From Nemertoderma westbladi (lineage: Eukaryota; Animalia; Xenacoelomorpha), in the NCBI GenBank assembly GCA_032718475.1, contig JAUCBJ010000657.1:1-64000 (forward strand): a stretch of DNA of 64,000 nt, given 5' to 3'. The notes beneath the pieces are model-generated. The model searched no databases. It saw nothing but the letters and a program-made list of their open reading frames with translations, and was not told where the DNA came from. Position numbers and translations under genes: made by a program. This document shows positions 48,568-62,558 of this stretch, piece after piece. How positions within the stretch are numbered: the first letter of the stretch is position 1; each line of letters starts with the position of its first letter.

Positions 48568-49788
48568 TTAATAGGACGTATATATACATATTAGATAGGT
48601 ATTGAACATTTTTTTTTTTTTAGATAGAACCTTATGTACCAAGGCAGTCACCCTTCGTGCGATTTTTGCTTCTCCCAAATAAATATTACAGAGAAACAAT
48701 TTAACTGTACCCTTTGTCGCAATATATACCACATACCCTGCAGAACACACTTAAGCACCTCTGATATACTAAACGGAAATACAACAGACAATAATTACTG
48801 TATATTCTGCAACCTAGAAATTTTCCCTTTTGCTGTAGTTCCAGACAATGACACTGACATATTTAACCAGTACTCGAACAGAGACGACAGTTCTTTACCA
48901 ACAGACTATACTGAGACAAACAACATATTTGAAGACATAGACCCGGACCAAAATATAAAACTCAAATAACACAGACGGTACATACTTTACAGAACAGAAA
49001 TTTAATGAAGCTACATTCAAAAAATCACTACTGGTATACCACATAAACTGTAGGAGCCTAAATAAAAACCTGACATCGACCATCGACTATCTCAACTTAC
49101 TCGACAAACGGTTTGATGTAATTACCTTTACAGAGACTTTTTTGACAGACGAAACTGAACTAACTATTTTAAATATAGACGGATACTCGCAACCATTAGT
49201 AGACAACAGACAGTATGGAAAACGGAGCCGTGGTGGAACTGCCATTTACGTAAAAAACGGACTAGAATACACCTGCCGTACGGACATAAACATTGAACGC
49301 TGCGAATCTTCCTGGGTCAGTGTTTCCCAATCTAAACAAAGTAACAGAAAACCCATTTTAATTGGTACCATATATCGACCCGAATCATACAAATTATCAG
49401 ATTTTTTGGAAAATTTAAACTGTACATTAGATGAAATTTCAAATAAAAATATAGATTCAATTATAACCGGTGATTTCAACATTGACCTTCTACGAACACA
49501 AAACACTAACAGTAGTACATATCTTCAAACACTCGAATCCAACTCATTTGAACAACTGATTAAAGTAGCCACTAGAATTACGCTCCACTCAAAAACCTTG
49601 ATTGATCATATCTTTACCAATATAAAGGATAAAACCTTAACTCCGGGTGTTTTTCAAGCAGAAGTAGGGATAACCGATCACTTAGGAACCTTCATATCAA
49701 TACAAAACACAGCATGTTTTTGTAATCGCTTCAAATACGACTTTTCAAAATTCGACAAAAAACTATTTTTAAGTGATCTAACTAAGAC

Positions 49789-52700
49789 TATTACTCATTA
49801 CTATACTAAGACATTACTCGACAATTTTTTAAGCCTTTGTCTGACAACGCTAATTTGCGTAATAAGTACCGGTACCGGTACTGATATAACCTAGAGCTAA
49901 TTATTACTTTGATCTCGCTGATCTCGCCGCTATTACTGGAGATTATTCATCTAGGAGACGATGGCACCTCCACGTTGCTGCCAATGCGCTTCAAAGAGTA
50001 TTTGCCGCAGTTGTAGCTGTGTCAAAGCAGGAAGTGAGTGTGCCAACTGCATCCCAACATCCCTAGGACGGTGTCAAAACTCGATAACAGCAATTCAGAT
50101 TTATGTTGGAGATTCAGGACATGGTACAGATGTTACGCTGGTTCCGATTGATGTGAGTGTGTCGGACAACGAGGCAACTATCGTTTTGTCATCACCGAAC
50201 GTGATAACTGATGTTGGGGACCAAAGGATGCGCGAAGCCTTTGGTAGTCCAATGCTTCATTCTACAGGCGACCCTGGAGTAAATGTTGAGTGGGGATTAC
50301 GTTATTCTCGATTGGTAACACTGAGGTCTCGTCGTTACGATGTACCGGGAGGGAGTTTGGGACGAAAGATGGTGTCTCAATTGGCGGAGGAATTGGAGGA
50401 ACTTGTTAAAGGTGACTGCCCATCAGAAAAACCCTTGATTCTCCTCGCGGTAGCATTACAAAGAGATCATGATGTACAAATGTCCAGTGAAGTTCGGCAG
50501 CTTATAAATCGTAGGCTTGACCTGTGGTGTGATGGCAAATATGATATGCTTGTGGATGAGGCAGTTAGGTGTGACCATCGTTTTCCAGCTGGAGGGAGCC
50601 GCAAAGATGACACGGAGCATGCACAGCGGGTATTTAGCCGTTTAGTTTTACAGGGCAAGATCCGTGCTGCGGTATGTTTTATTACAGAGCGGTCATCAGC
50701 GGGAATCCTGGACCCTAGCAGCCAAGCGGGAAATCAGGACCCAGGAGTAGCAACCCGCTGTGACTTAACGGAATTGGCAGGGGTTGAACAGATGGGGGCA
50801 GGTCTTAAGGCTGGAATCGAGGGCGCTATCCATGCTTTGGATGAAGTGTTTGCCAGTGGTGATACTGAATGTGTAATGCTTGTTGATGCAGCCAATGCTT
50901 TTAATAACCTTGACAGAGCACCTGCCCTTTGGCATGTTAGGCTATTGTGGCCTAGATGCTCTCGGTACCTCTACAACTGTTATAGGGGGTATTCAGCTTT
51001 GATTCTGCATGGAAACAAACAGCCAATACTTAGTCAGGTAGGCCCAACCCAGGGAGACCCATTGGCAATGCTGATGTATGGTGCGAGCACAATTCCATTA
51101 ATACGGTCCCTAGAAAGTGTTGATGCCACAGGTCATCTTACTGACATGGATGAAACACTACAGCCAGAGGCAGAAGTCGGACCGGGAGAGACGGGTCGAC
51201 AATTTGACACTCCCACTTCTACATTTGACGCACCTGGCGAGATGTCTGAAGTGACGATGCAGCCTGAAGCAAGAGCGAGTGAGTTGCAGAGTTGGTATGC
51301 AAATGATTTGGCACGTCTAGGATCACTAGTTACAGTTGTGTGTTGGTTTAAGGAGCTTTGTTGTCAGGGACCAAGAGTGGGATATTTCCCTGAACCAAAG
51401 AACACTGTGCTCGTTGTTCGGGATGGTCTTCATGATGCAGCCAAACAGCTGTTTGTCCCGCTGGGGTTGAAAGAAGAGAATATCGTGACTGGGTGGAGAT
51501 TTCTGGGTGGATTTATTGGAGCACAAAGCGAACGAGATAACTTTTTGAATGAAAAGATCGAGCAATGGGTGCAACATATCGAGGTGTTGGCGGGGGCAGC
51601 AAAGACTTACCCACAAGAATCACTCACCGCCTTGACGAAGTCACTACAGGCAGAATGGGACTACACAATGAGAGTGATGGATGTCAGACCAGATAAGTAT
51701 GAGCCATTGTGACGCGCCTTAGCTGAAAAGTTTTTACCAGCCTTGTTTGGAGTGGTTGTTCCGCAAGCTGATCTGGACCTGTTGTTTCAGCCCGTGCGTC
51801 ATGGTGGAATTGGGTTACGTGATCCAGTGTTCAGAGCTGCTAGTGCGTATCAAGCCTCGAGGGAAGGCACCGAGCTGGTGGTGAGAGCCTTGAAGGAAAA
51901 GACTCCCCTATCAGTGGAGGATCATAAAACGTTGCTACAGGGAACCATCCGTGAAACTAGGTTGAGGGAGGCAGTGCGGGCGAGCGAGGTTCAGACAGTT
52001 GTATTGGGGGCAATGGTGCCAGATCGAGCGCGATCAGTGAAGCGCCAGCTGGACTCGAAAACTGCTGGCTGGTTGAGTGTGACCCCATCGCTGCTTCATC
52101 AGACAGGCATTTCAGCGCAGACATTCCGCGACGCCCTGTGTCTGCGGTATGGTTATACTCCCCCGGAGTTGCCATCACACTGTGACGGCTGTGGTGCTAT
52201 CTTCACCATAGACCACGCCCTGAATTGCAAAAAGGGCGGGCTGATATGTCGTCGACATGATGAAATGCGGGATGTGATCGGCGAGTTGTGTGGGTTGGCC
52301 TGGGGTATGAGTGCAGTCAAGCGGGAGGTAGTGCTACGAGAGGGCCAGTATCTTGGAGACGCGGGAGTCCGAACAGAGTATGGGCACCACAGAGGGAGGC
52401 GTCGTTCGACGTATGCGTTACAAACGCTGACGCTCCCTCACATCGTGCCCGTACAACAGACAGTATCCTCTGCGAGAAGGAACGAGTCAAAAAGCAGCAC
52501 CACTGTCGCATTAGCGAGCAGCTGCGCCTGACCTTCACCCCCCTAGCGATGACTTCGGATGGTGTGTGGGGCAGAGAGGCATCTCACTTTATCCATCACT
52601 TGGCGGCAAAGTTGTCAGAGAAGGACAGTTGGAACGAGAAACCCCCAGGATTCGTTCTCGGATGGGTTAGGGCCCGTCTGTCCATCGCGTTGGTGTGCGC

Positions 52701-52955
52701 TGTGGGTTTGTGCCTTAGAGGGGGGCGACGTTCGTGGCGGCTACTGGGGCTGGATGACAGCGCAGGTGCTTGGGTGGCAGACTGAAGAGTTTGGTTGGTG
52801 AACCCATGTCAACTCTGTTCATAGATCTTAAAGTTACCGGTAACAAAATTGTTCTATTTGTACTGAACTATATTTGTATAAAAGCACCAGTATAGTGAGT
52901 AATATAATGTGTAAAATACTACTTTTAATATTAAATTAAATGTGTTCTTCTCTCT
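49789..52955 (+). mobile_element. HERO-like non-LTR retrotransposon with restriction-like endonuclease (degenerate)
   Basis: 12-bp TSD TCTAACTAAGAC (49777-49788 / 52956-52967); Cys-rich N-terminus; DAANAFN, QGDPL, WYAND; CDGC..H...C and RRHD; TTC-rich tail. Confidence 0.85.
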
Positions 52956-54072
52956 TCTAACTAAGACAAACAGCTGGACATATAAAAACGAAAAAAATGA
53001 AGACAAATTCAACCAATTTTATGAAGACTTTAAAAAACTTCCAAAAAAGAAAATAAACAAGGACGAAATACCTAGGAAACCTTGGATGACCGAAGGTCTA
53101 ATTAAATCTATTAAAACTAAAAATAAAATGTACGTATCCGTTACAAAAAATATGACCGAAGAAAAACTAACTCAATATAAAAAATATAGAAATAAACTGA
53201 CTAAAACACTCAGACAGGCTGAAAAATCACCACATCACCACACATGAATTTGAAAAAAACAAATCAAACATAAGAAAGACATGGCAGACTATCAACACAG
53301 CATTAAAAAAATCAACTGCAAAAAAATCCCCTAAAAAAATTATTATTGACGAAAATGGAAAGAAAAGGGAAATTACTGACCCAGAGAAGATATGCAACGT
53401 ATTCAACAATCACTTTGCTACTGTAGGATCCAGACTAGCAAAAGATCTTCCAACAACAAATCGTAACCCAACTAGATATATTAACCATTGTAAACCCAAC
53501 TCCTTTTCACTCCTAGAAACGACAAATACCGAAACTATTTACAATATACTTGATTTTGACAACTCTCGATCCACCAACGACAGTTTCCCTATTAAATTAA
53601 TTAAAACAGCAGCGTATGATCTCGCACCGCACCTAACCCACCTAATTAATCTATCAGTTAAGCATGGTTTTTTTCCCTCTAATCTAAAATCAGCAAAAAT
53701 CATACCTGTATTTAAATCTGGCGATCCCACTGATAAAAACAACTATAGGCCTATATCATTATTACCTGTATTTAGCAAGCTTTTCGAACGAGTAATCAAC
53801 AATCAACTACTATCCTACTTAAACAAAAATTCAATACTATCAGACAGCCAGTACGGTTTTAGAACACACTCCACTACGACAGACGCCATACTTACGGTAA
53901 CTGAGAGACTACTACAGATACTAGACTCACAGGAATATGCTTGTCTAGTATCTATCGACCTTAAGAAAGCATTTGATACACTACAACACCAAATACTATT
54001 GGACAAACTAGACTGCTATGGCACACAAGGCATCCCACACAAACTGCTGACTAGCTACTTACACAAGAGAAC

Positions 54073-55685
54073 GGTTATATTGAAAAATATCGAGACATGA
54101 AAAATATCGAGAGTAAAAATAACGCGAGTAAAAACATCGAGTGTTGAAAAATAACGATAATATCGAGAGTTCAAAAAATATCGAGAGTAAAAATATCGAG
54201 GGTAAAAATATCGAGAGTAAAAATACCGAGTGTTGAAAAATATCGAGAGTAAAAATATCGAGAGTAAAAATATCGAGAGTAAAAATATCGAGTGTTGAAA
54301 AATATCGAGAGTAAAAATATCGAGTGTTGAAAAATATCGAGAGTAAAAATATCGAGTGTTGAAAAATATCGAGAGTAAAAATATCGAGTGTTGAAAAATA
54401 TCGAGAGTAAAAATATCGAGTGTTGAAAAATATCGAGAGTAAAAATATCGAGTGTTGAAAAATATCGAGAGTAAAAATATCGAGTGTTGAAAAATATCGA
54501 GAGTAAAAATATCGAGTGTTGAAAAATATCGAGTGTTGAAAAATATCGAGAGTAAAAATATCGAGAGTAAAAATATCGAGTGTTGAAAAATATCGAGAGT
54601 AAAAATATCGAGTGTTGAAAAATATCGAGTGTTGAAAAATATCGAGTGTTGAAAAATATCGAGTGTTGAAAAATATCGAGTGTTGAAAAATATCGAGAGT
54701 AAAAAATATCGAGTGTTGAAAAAAATATAGAATGTTGAAAAATATCGAGAGTAAAAATATCGATAGTAACAATTTTGTTAAATAAGGGTTGTATGATAAT
54801 TTTTTTTACTAAAAATGTTCTAGAACAACAATATTTATCAACATTTGGTAGCTTATACGTGCTCTAATATAATATTTAACAATATTTATAATATTTATCA
54901 AAATTTATAGCTAGCACTTCTTTTATAATATTTATCAAAATTTATAGCTAGCACTTCTTATATAATATTTATTAAAAAAATAGCAAAAACTAGCTAGTAT
55001 AATAAATCTGGTAAATGGGTACCCAAGGTGTATTACATAATGCCATTCACTTGCACTTGCACTGTTGTAACCCATGCACTGCAATATTGTTCCATAATTC
55101 TAAATAAAATGCTCAAGCAAAATGCAATATTTTTACTCTCGATATTTTTCAACACTCGATATTTTTCAACACTCGATATTTTTACTCTCGATATTTTTCA
55201 ACACTCGATATTTTTACTCTCGATATTTTTCAACACTCGATATTTTTACTCTCGATATTTTTCAACACTCGATATTTTTACTCTCGATATTTTTCAACAC
55301 TCGATATTTTTCAATACTCGATATTTTTCAACACTCGATATTTTTCAACACTCGATATTTTTACTCTCGATATTTATCAACACTCGATATTTTTACTCTC
55401 GATATTTTTCAACACTCGATATTTTTACTCTCGATATTTTTCAACACTCGATATTTTTACTCTCGATATTTTTCAACACTCGATATTTTTACTCTCGATA
55501 TTTTTCAACACTCGATATTTTTCAACACTCGTTATTTTCGATATTTTTCATCTCGCGTTATTTTTACTCTCGATATTTTTTAATCACGTTAATTTTCAAC
55601 ACTCGTTATTTTTACTCTCGATATTTTTACTCTCGTTATTTTTACTCTCGATATTTTTCAAGTCTCGATATTTTTCACCATTACC
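54073..55685. mobile_element. Foldback (MULE/FB-like) non-autonomous element with long arms of 16-18-bp repeats
   Basis: TSD (C)AAGAGAAC (8-9 bp). Left arm of TATCGAGAGTAAAAA / TATCGAGTGTTGAAAAA units is mirrored on the right. Removing it restores the LINE frame YLHKRTYTV. Confidence 0.9.
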
Positions 55686-56219
55686 AAGAGAACATATACC
55701 GTTGCTATAGGCAACTCTACTTCAGAATCAATACATGCTTCCTGCGGTACCCCACAAGGAGCAATACTGAGCGCAACACTGTTCCTACTGTACATAAATG
55801 ACCTACCAAATTGTACTTCACTACTAACAACACTATTTGCGGACGACACGAATCTACTTTATTATCACTCAAACCCTGACACACTACAAGACACTATCAC
55901 TACTGAACTTAGTAAACTTGATCAGTGGCTCACTGACAACAAACTATCACTAAACCTTAAAACAACAGAACACTTAATTATCACAAATAAAAAACACGCC
56001 AACATTGCAAATATAAAAATACGACAAACTCCTATTAAAAAAGTAATTCACACAGAATTTCTTGGAATATGGATAGACAATGAACTAACATGGAAAAATC
56101 ACTGTGCCTACGTGCTTAAAAAAATTTCAAAATCTATAGGTATTTTCTTTAAACTTCGCTCCATTCTACCAAGGTTTTTTTTTTACCAAGAATTATTTCT
56201 ATCAAGGGTGACAGCCCAG

Positions 56220-58130
56220 CCTGCATTTGACCGTGAGTTACTGGCGATATACACAACACGCAAACATTACCATTTTTTTATTTGGACAAGTCATAACAAT
56301 ATATACTTACCACAAACCGCTCGTTCATTGTTTAACCCCCCCCCCCCCCCCCCCCCCCCGTGGTTTTTATATTATAATTCTGAAATAAACGCAGTTGGGA
56401 ATCTGAAATTTATGACTTTTCCTAAAAATCTATAGTCTTCCTAGTAGTGAAAACAGTTTTCAAAAATATTGAGTAGTTTTCGAGTTATAGCACCATTTTT
56501 TAACACTACTTTGGCACTTTTTTTGAGACGTTTTTTGAAAATTAAATTTCATTAAATATTAATTATAACATCTCTATTTTTGATTTACACCGGTTTTTGG
56601 TGTTAGCAATTGGATGGAATTCATGTAAATTGATTTAGAAATTTTAAACTTGTTTTTTTCGGTGGGTGCCAAATTTTGGTGCCAGCACCAAATTTTGAAA
56701 TATGTCAATTTTGTAAATTGATTGTTTGAAACTTGTTTTTTACGCAATTGGGGTTTTTTGGGGTTCTGGTTTCGATGAAATATATACGAGTTGCACCAAG
56801 CGTATCAAACTTGTATTTTTCCGTGCTGTGTGCAAATTTTGGTGATAGCACGAAATTTTGAAAATCCATTCAATAGATAAAATTGCTTGTGACAATTTAT
56901 TTCTTGCATTTTAGAGGTTTATGGCTGTTTTGAATTCAATGGAAAATATAATTATCGAACTAGACATCTCAAACTTGTATTTTTCGGAAGTGGGTGCAAA
57001 ATGTGGTGCTACCAACAAATTTTGAAAAACATCAAATATATCAATTGATTGTGTCATCTTGTTTCTTGCGTTATACGGGTTTGTTAGGGTTCTGAATTCA
57101 ATGGAAGCAGTAAAAATTTCATAGAGTTTTCAAACTTGTATTTTTCGCCGGTGGGTGAAAATTGTTGTGCCAGCACCAAATTTTGGAAAATGAGTAAATT
57201 GATCAGGAGATGGTATCATCTTACGTTATACGGGTTTATGAGGGTCCTGAATCCGATGGAATCAATAAAAACAGCACTGGACATCGCAATCTTGTAATTT
57301 TTGGTGATGGGTACGAAATTTGGTGCTAGCACCAAAATTTGCCAAATTACGCCGAAAAATACAAGTAGCAATGATCTGGCATATTTGAAATGTATTCCAT
57401 TAGAATCAGCGCCCTAGAAAACCTGAAAATGTGAATTTTCGTATAAGTATTCGTATAAGTGAATTAAAAATGTTGTGTTCTAACTGAAAAGTGCTGGTTA
57501 CTTGTTTTTTTCAATTTTTTCCTACGCATAGAGGACTAAACAGCCATTTATGGTAATCACATCATATTTAAATATTTTCCAATGTATTTTGCGCCCCAGA
57601 AAACCTGTATTGAAAAACAATTAGCCGAAAAATGTAACTTTCAAATTTTATGAAAATTGTGCACTACTTGTAATTTTGGTGCTGTAATATTACCACCTCA
57701 GTAAATTTTTTCGAAAATTTTTTTTTCGGTCGGATCCAGACTAGTGATACCTACGTACAAACAAGAAATCAGACGTTTTCGTTAATATTTGTAGATTTTA
57801 GAGGGAAGGGTCAATATGACCCCCCCCCCCCCCCCCCCCCCCGGTATTTGTACAGCATTTTATAGCCCGGTACTAATAGGGTTAAATATGAAAAATCCGA
57901 CACTAATCATAATAATCGACACTACTCCAATCATTTAATTGTAAAATAAAACATATTGCCGGAAAAGACAATATCGTAGCCGCACATTGTCTAGACCTTG
58001 TTCAACCATCTCATTTGATAATTTGAGAGAATTAGTGGAGGCTCAGTTAAAAGATAAGGCTCTACAGTTATTTTTTAAATCAACCAATTTACCTTTGAAA
58101 CGAATTGCGGTAAATGAGAACCAATTTGTA
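56220..58130 (+). pseudogene. Gypsy-like pol fragment (RNase H to tether), split by a MITE
   Basis: FDRELLAIY before the MITE; KHIAGKDNIVA and AQLKD after it. Confidence 0.6.
56336..57881 (-). mobile_element. Second, inverted copy of the piggyBac-type MITE
   Basis: Reverse complement of 47002-48567; TTAA flanks at 56332 and 57882; one terminal hairpin deleted. Confidence 0.88.
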
Positions 58131-58169
58131 ATGTACATCCATTAACTTAAGACCCTATTTGCCTGTGCA

Positions 58170-59442
58170 GAAAACAGAGGCCACAAATTCCTTCAATGGC
58201 GGGAGATATTCTTTCTTCAAGTTAAACAGGTATGTCAGTATCTCCAAATATATTATTATACCCTTAATCTTCTAAACAAGCAGCGTTGATGCTTGTACTA
58301 TCACTTTGTGGATCCTATCTACATAATATGTCTACTTTCTGAATCGGATTTATTATCGCCTTTCTTTTACATTTACTTGATAATCAAGAACACCGAGCCC
58401 AATAATTCTATAATTCCATTCTTAGAATCATTCTTGTTCGAACGAAAGGTGGTCTTATATCAGACTCGTAATGGATCCATACAGCCTTAATCTATCAAAA
58501 CCACAAAAGAACAAAAAAGACCAAAAACAGGTGCATCAGTTGTTACTCCTAGCAACATACTGCAAAGACTAAATGTTGTGTTTTTAGCAACAGGACTGAA
58601 GATTACCCCAATGCAACAACAAGCAGCCTTCACACCATTCAAGAATCTGGAGGAGTTATAGGAAGTGTTTCCACTTCATATTCAGTAGCAGATAGAGCAC
58701 ATCGTTCAATTGTTAAAGAACTAGGTAATGTATATCATGAACCATGGACACCTCCAGAACTATGCTCCCTTCAGTGGGATAGTAAGCTACTGGGAACATT
58801 ATTAAATAAATACCAATCCGAAGATAGAGTAACTATGCCCATTGTTGACTCTACCAATTTGAAGTTCCTTGGGCTTGGAGTACCAAGTTACAAACTGGTT
58901 CTGATCAGTGTTCTGGTGATATAATTGCTGGTCTTACATCTTCTTGACATCTGACATCTCCATCTTCCTTAGAAAAGGAAATCTGTTGATAATATTGTCA
59001 ATACGACATTTGATACAACAACTTTAAATACTGGTCATTTATCAGCTGCTTACATCTCTATTCAGGGAAGGATTAACTAACACCTCTTATGGTCTGGATG
59101 TTGTCACCATATAGGGGGACTTCTGATTTGACACGAATTTCTTGCACCAAACATAAATCTTTAATAATAGGTACGATATACAGGACTGACCCTATTTCCC
59201 ATAACAATTATATACTACTTGATTCTACTTTAAACAAATTAACTTCTCTAAATCTCGATGCCGTTTTAACTGGTAACATAAACATAAATTTACTTAAACC
59301 CACAAAAAATTCAGTTCACATAGAATACATAGGTAAAACATAGAATAGAAATACATAGATCTTCTAGGTTCTTATGGCTACACCCAGCTAATTAAACATC
59401 CCACTCGTATAGATGCAGTTACAAAATCTTAATCTCTTTTAG
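58170..59442 (+). repeat. Composite dispersed repeat, copy B
   Basis: Matches 62559-63705 and 43306-44258; ~130-bp internal deletion near 59130. Confidence 0.9.
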
Positions 59443-59714
59443 ACCACATTATTACAAACATAACCTCATCATTATCAACTGCTGGAACTTTCCTTTCTAA
59501 AATCGGCAATTCTGATCACCAAGCTGTTTATTATATTACAAAAATTTGATTGCATATTTAATAAACCTCAATTATCTACCGTTTATGTTTACTCAAAATT
59601 TAATAAATCAGCCTTCTTAATGACATCAACAACTCATCATATCATCAGATTCAATAACAATTCAAAAAAATTTGACACTTTCTTTTTTTTGCAATATTTA
59701 TGATCCCTTACTTG

Positions 59715-60560
59715 GGGATTTTAGACTTAATTTTCCGAACCATTGGTTTCAACAGTTGATCTTGTCTTGCTACAGTTATAGATGATAGTACCCACAATGG
59801 GTACTATTAGTCGAGGTGGGAAACCTGGTTTATGAACTTTAACTTTACCGTAAGGGATAGCTACAGTTGTGCTATCAACTCCCGGCAGTAAATATAGCGC
59901 ATTACCTTTAGATGTTAGATCTGAGTTCTTCAAATCTGTAATTATAGGATGAAGTTTACTGTGTATAATAGTCGATGGGTTATAGTTTTTCCTTTCGAGT
60001 TTGTATGTAGTTCTAGCGATCGAGGTGATCCATCATTTTCTTGTGGTATTCCGTTTGGCTGATTACAACGGTTTTATTTCCCTTATCCGCCTGTACGATA
60101 ATTAAGACGTTTTCTTTGAGTTTATTCTTTAAAGTAAATATTGCCCATTGGTGGCTATACAATAGATTGTCGAATCGCCTGTTCATGTTTTGTTTTAATC
60201 TTATAGAATGTTATTTATAATTCGATCTTCATCCTTTTTAATCGCGAGTAGGGCTCGAGTGAATGCTTGTTGTATGCTCGTTATAAATTGAATGAGCGGG
60301 AACTTTCTGGGTGCGAGGATAAATTTCAGACCATGCACCAAAATGTCCATATCCAAGTTGGAAAATTCGGTAGATGTGGTATTAACTATTAGAGAATTCC
60401 AGAAAGTTGTATCTACCCATAATTCTTTCTCGTATATTTCTTGTGTTTTCAGAGTTTCGAATTTTCTCATATATTTGTCTTGTACCTTACTATATTCTCT
60501 ATCATGACCAGACTTCAGTAGATTCTGTATCATGTGGTCATCGGATGGGTCGACAATCGT
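59715..60560 (-). pseudogene. Penelope-like element RT fragment
   Basis: LVHGLKF, ADKGNKTVV and YGKVKVHKPGFPPRLIV, matching the PLE YGLPKxHK..P.RPIV motif. Confidence 0.8.
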
Positions 60561-60839
60561 TGATATTTGTTTAGTGAGACTTGTTATGGAGTGGTTCAGG
60601 TTGTTCTTCTTGGTAAACAGATAAGTTTTTGGGGAATAGAGGAATTCAGGATGTTATGCCTAGAAGTCGGTTTCAGGAAATACTGTAAACTTTACATTTT
60701 GCAGACAATGAGAAGGAACCAAAACAAACTGATGGGAAGTTGTTTGATGGGGGTATAAGATTCGTACTGTAATTAATCATTTAAATAATAAGAAAGCTGA
60801 TACCCCAATACAAAGTGTTGATGAACACATGTGTAAATT

Positions 60840-61215
60840 ATTGATCATCCATACTTTATGAATGGCACTAGGTGTAAACTAACTGCTCTAAGTAAGAACG
60901 TTATAGAGGAACGTGTGACATACATGGTCCCCACAAAGGACAGAATGCCTTTCTTCTGATAATTCCATTAATTCCATCAACGAATAAAACTCCAGTTGAG
61001 TTTAGGCATTTGCAATTCTCAGTGAAAATTGGCTTCTGCTTTACAATTAATTAAAACTATAATTAATAATAAAATTAAAACTCATATAGTCCTCTCTGAG
61101 TGCGATCCATTTACATATGGTATGCTCTATGTTGCGTTCTCTCATGCATAATCAACAGAGGGATTGTGTATACTCTACTCTGCAAGACACGAAATGGAAA
61201 ATTTATGTAAATAGC
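60840..61215 (+). pseudogene. Helitron/PIF1 helicase C-terminal fragment
   Basis: NGTR, LQFSVKIGFCFTIN and FTYGMLYVAFS resemble PIF1 motifs QFP...AFA.TIN and FSHGQLYVALS. Confidence 0.65.
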
Positions 61216-62558
61216 AGTCAGCACTGTAAATTTTGACAAAGTTAGTAATACTCTATAATATAAACTATAATTTTATAAATCTTTTAATTAATATATTATA
61301 TACTAAGATGTATCACCCAAACCACCCTTATTTAGCTGCTTTGGCTGTTTACCCTTATCTTATTATATTGTACATTAGCCTAAAATTTGCCTAAAATCGT
61401 AAATTTTGGCGAAAATTGTGTATTGAGTTTTTATATAATTTTAATGCTTAGAAAACAGAAAAGTGCTTAATTTAAACCATAATGGAGCTCCTGAGATGAA
61501 TTTACAAAGTCAGTTTGATTAATAATTACGTTCGAAAAATAAATTTTGAATGATAAATAAATAAATAAATTATGATTAATAATAAGTTCGAATAAATAAA
61601 GGTTGGCTATTCTAGAAGAATAAAACACTTACATGGCTTGCCCTCTCAAAAATCAACTTATTGGTACTTTTGCAGTATCCGTCACACATTTTCTGAAAAT
61701 TGCCCCAATTGAAATGAAAATTGTTAAAATTGCTTGTATATAGTACGCCTTGATTATACACTATTCTAGATCATAAATAATACAAATAATATAATGTTCT
61801 AGAACATATAGCTAGTTATTTTTCAAATTTAAAATAGCTAGCTTCTAGGCCTAATGCTTGGTTTGCTCTACTTATGATTTCTGAATACACATACATTATA
61901 CTTGACCGCATGTCACTCCATTGTTAATGCGCAGCCCCACATATACATTCGTCAATAAGCAACCTGCCTGCAGCTGAATGTTGTAGTGGAATACTTGCTG
62001 CAAGCTTTCTCAGTATCATAGATACTGGTGTTCTAGAACAATTAATTAGTTTTGGTGACAGTTATTATGTATGTATGAAATAAAAAAATAATAATAATAT
62101 TAATTGAATATGCATATTTATGGATTGAAATGAGCAGATGTCATTGTCTATTGCAAAAAGGATGGGAGAATATTTTTTGCATCTATAGTAAATGAAGTAT
62201 AATGCTTTTAGAATAATTATCCAAAGATACGGGGGATACTACATTTCGTATATTATCACATGATGATGGCGGTGTCATTGATAGTCCAAAACGATCGTAT
62301 AATCATCAATGAACATATCAACAACCTGTTTTACAACAACCACCACCACTATTTTGGATGGAAACTCCACATCCTCCATCGCACCAACGTCTACCACTCA
62401 GTTGTAATACTATTGTTTATAACAATGGATGAAACATTGGTGCCATCACATAATGACGAAGATGATCCCTCATCAGCTTCATCGTTATGTGATGGCAACA
62501 ATGTTTCCTCATATGGACAGTGACGATGATGGTGAGTATTCTGACACTACAGAGTTTC

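Larger units (their letters stand above)
48630..56170 (+). mobile_element. CR1/L2-group LINE (PHD-like finger, endonuclease, RT), split by two insertions
   Basis: PHD-like Cys/His pattern 48634-48969; endonuclease GTIYRP, GDFNID, IDHIF, TDH; RT pieces 52956-54072 (NYRPISLL, QYGFR, DLKKAFD) and 55686-56170 (PQG, LFADDT). Confidence 0.88.

Noticed and set aside
54059-55801. Long ORFs with LDIFQHSIF repeats
   Set aside because: Translation artefacts of the stop-poor tandem repeat arms.
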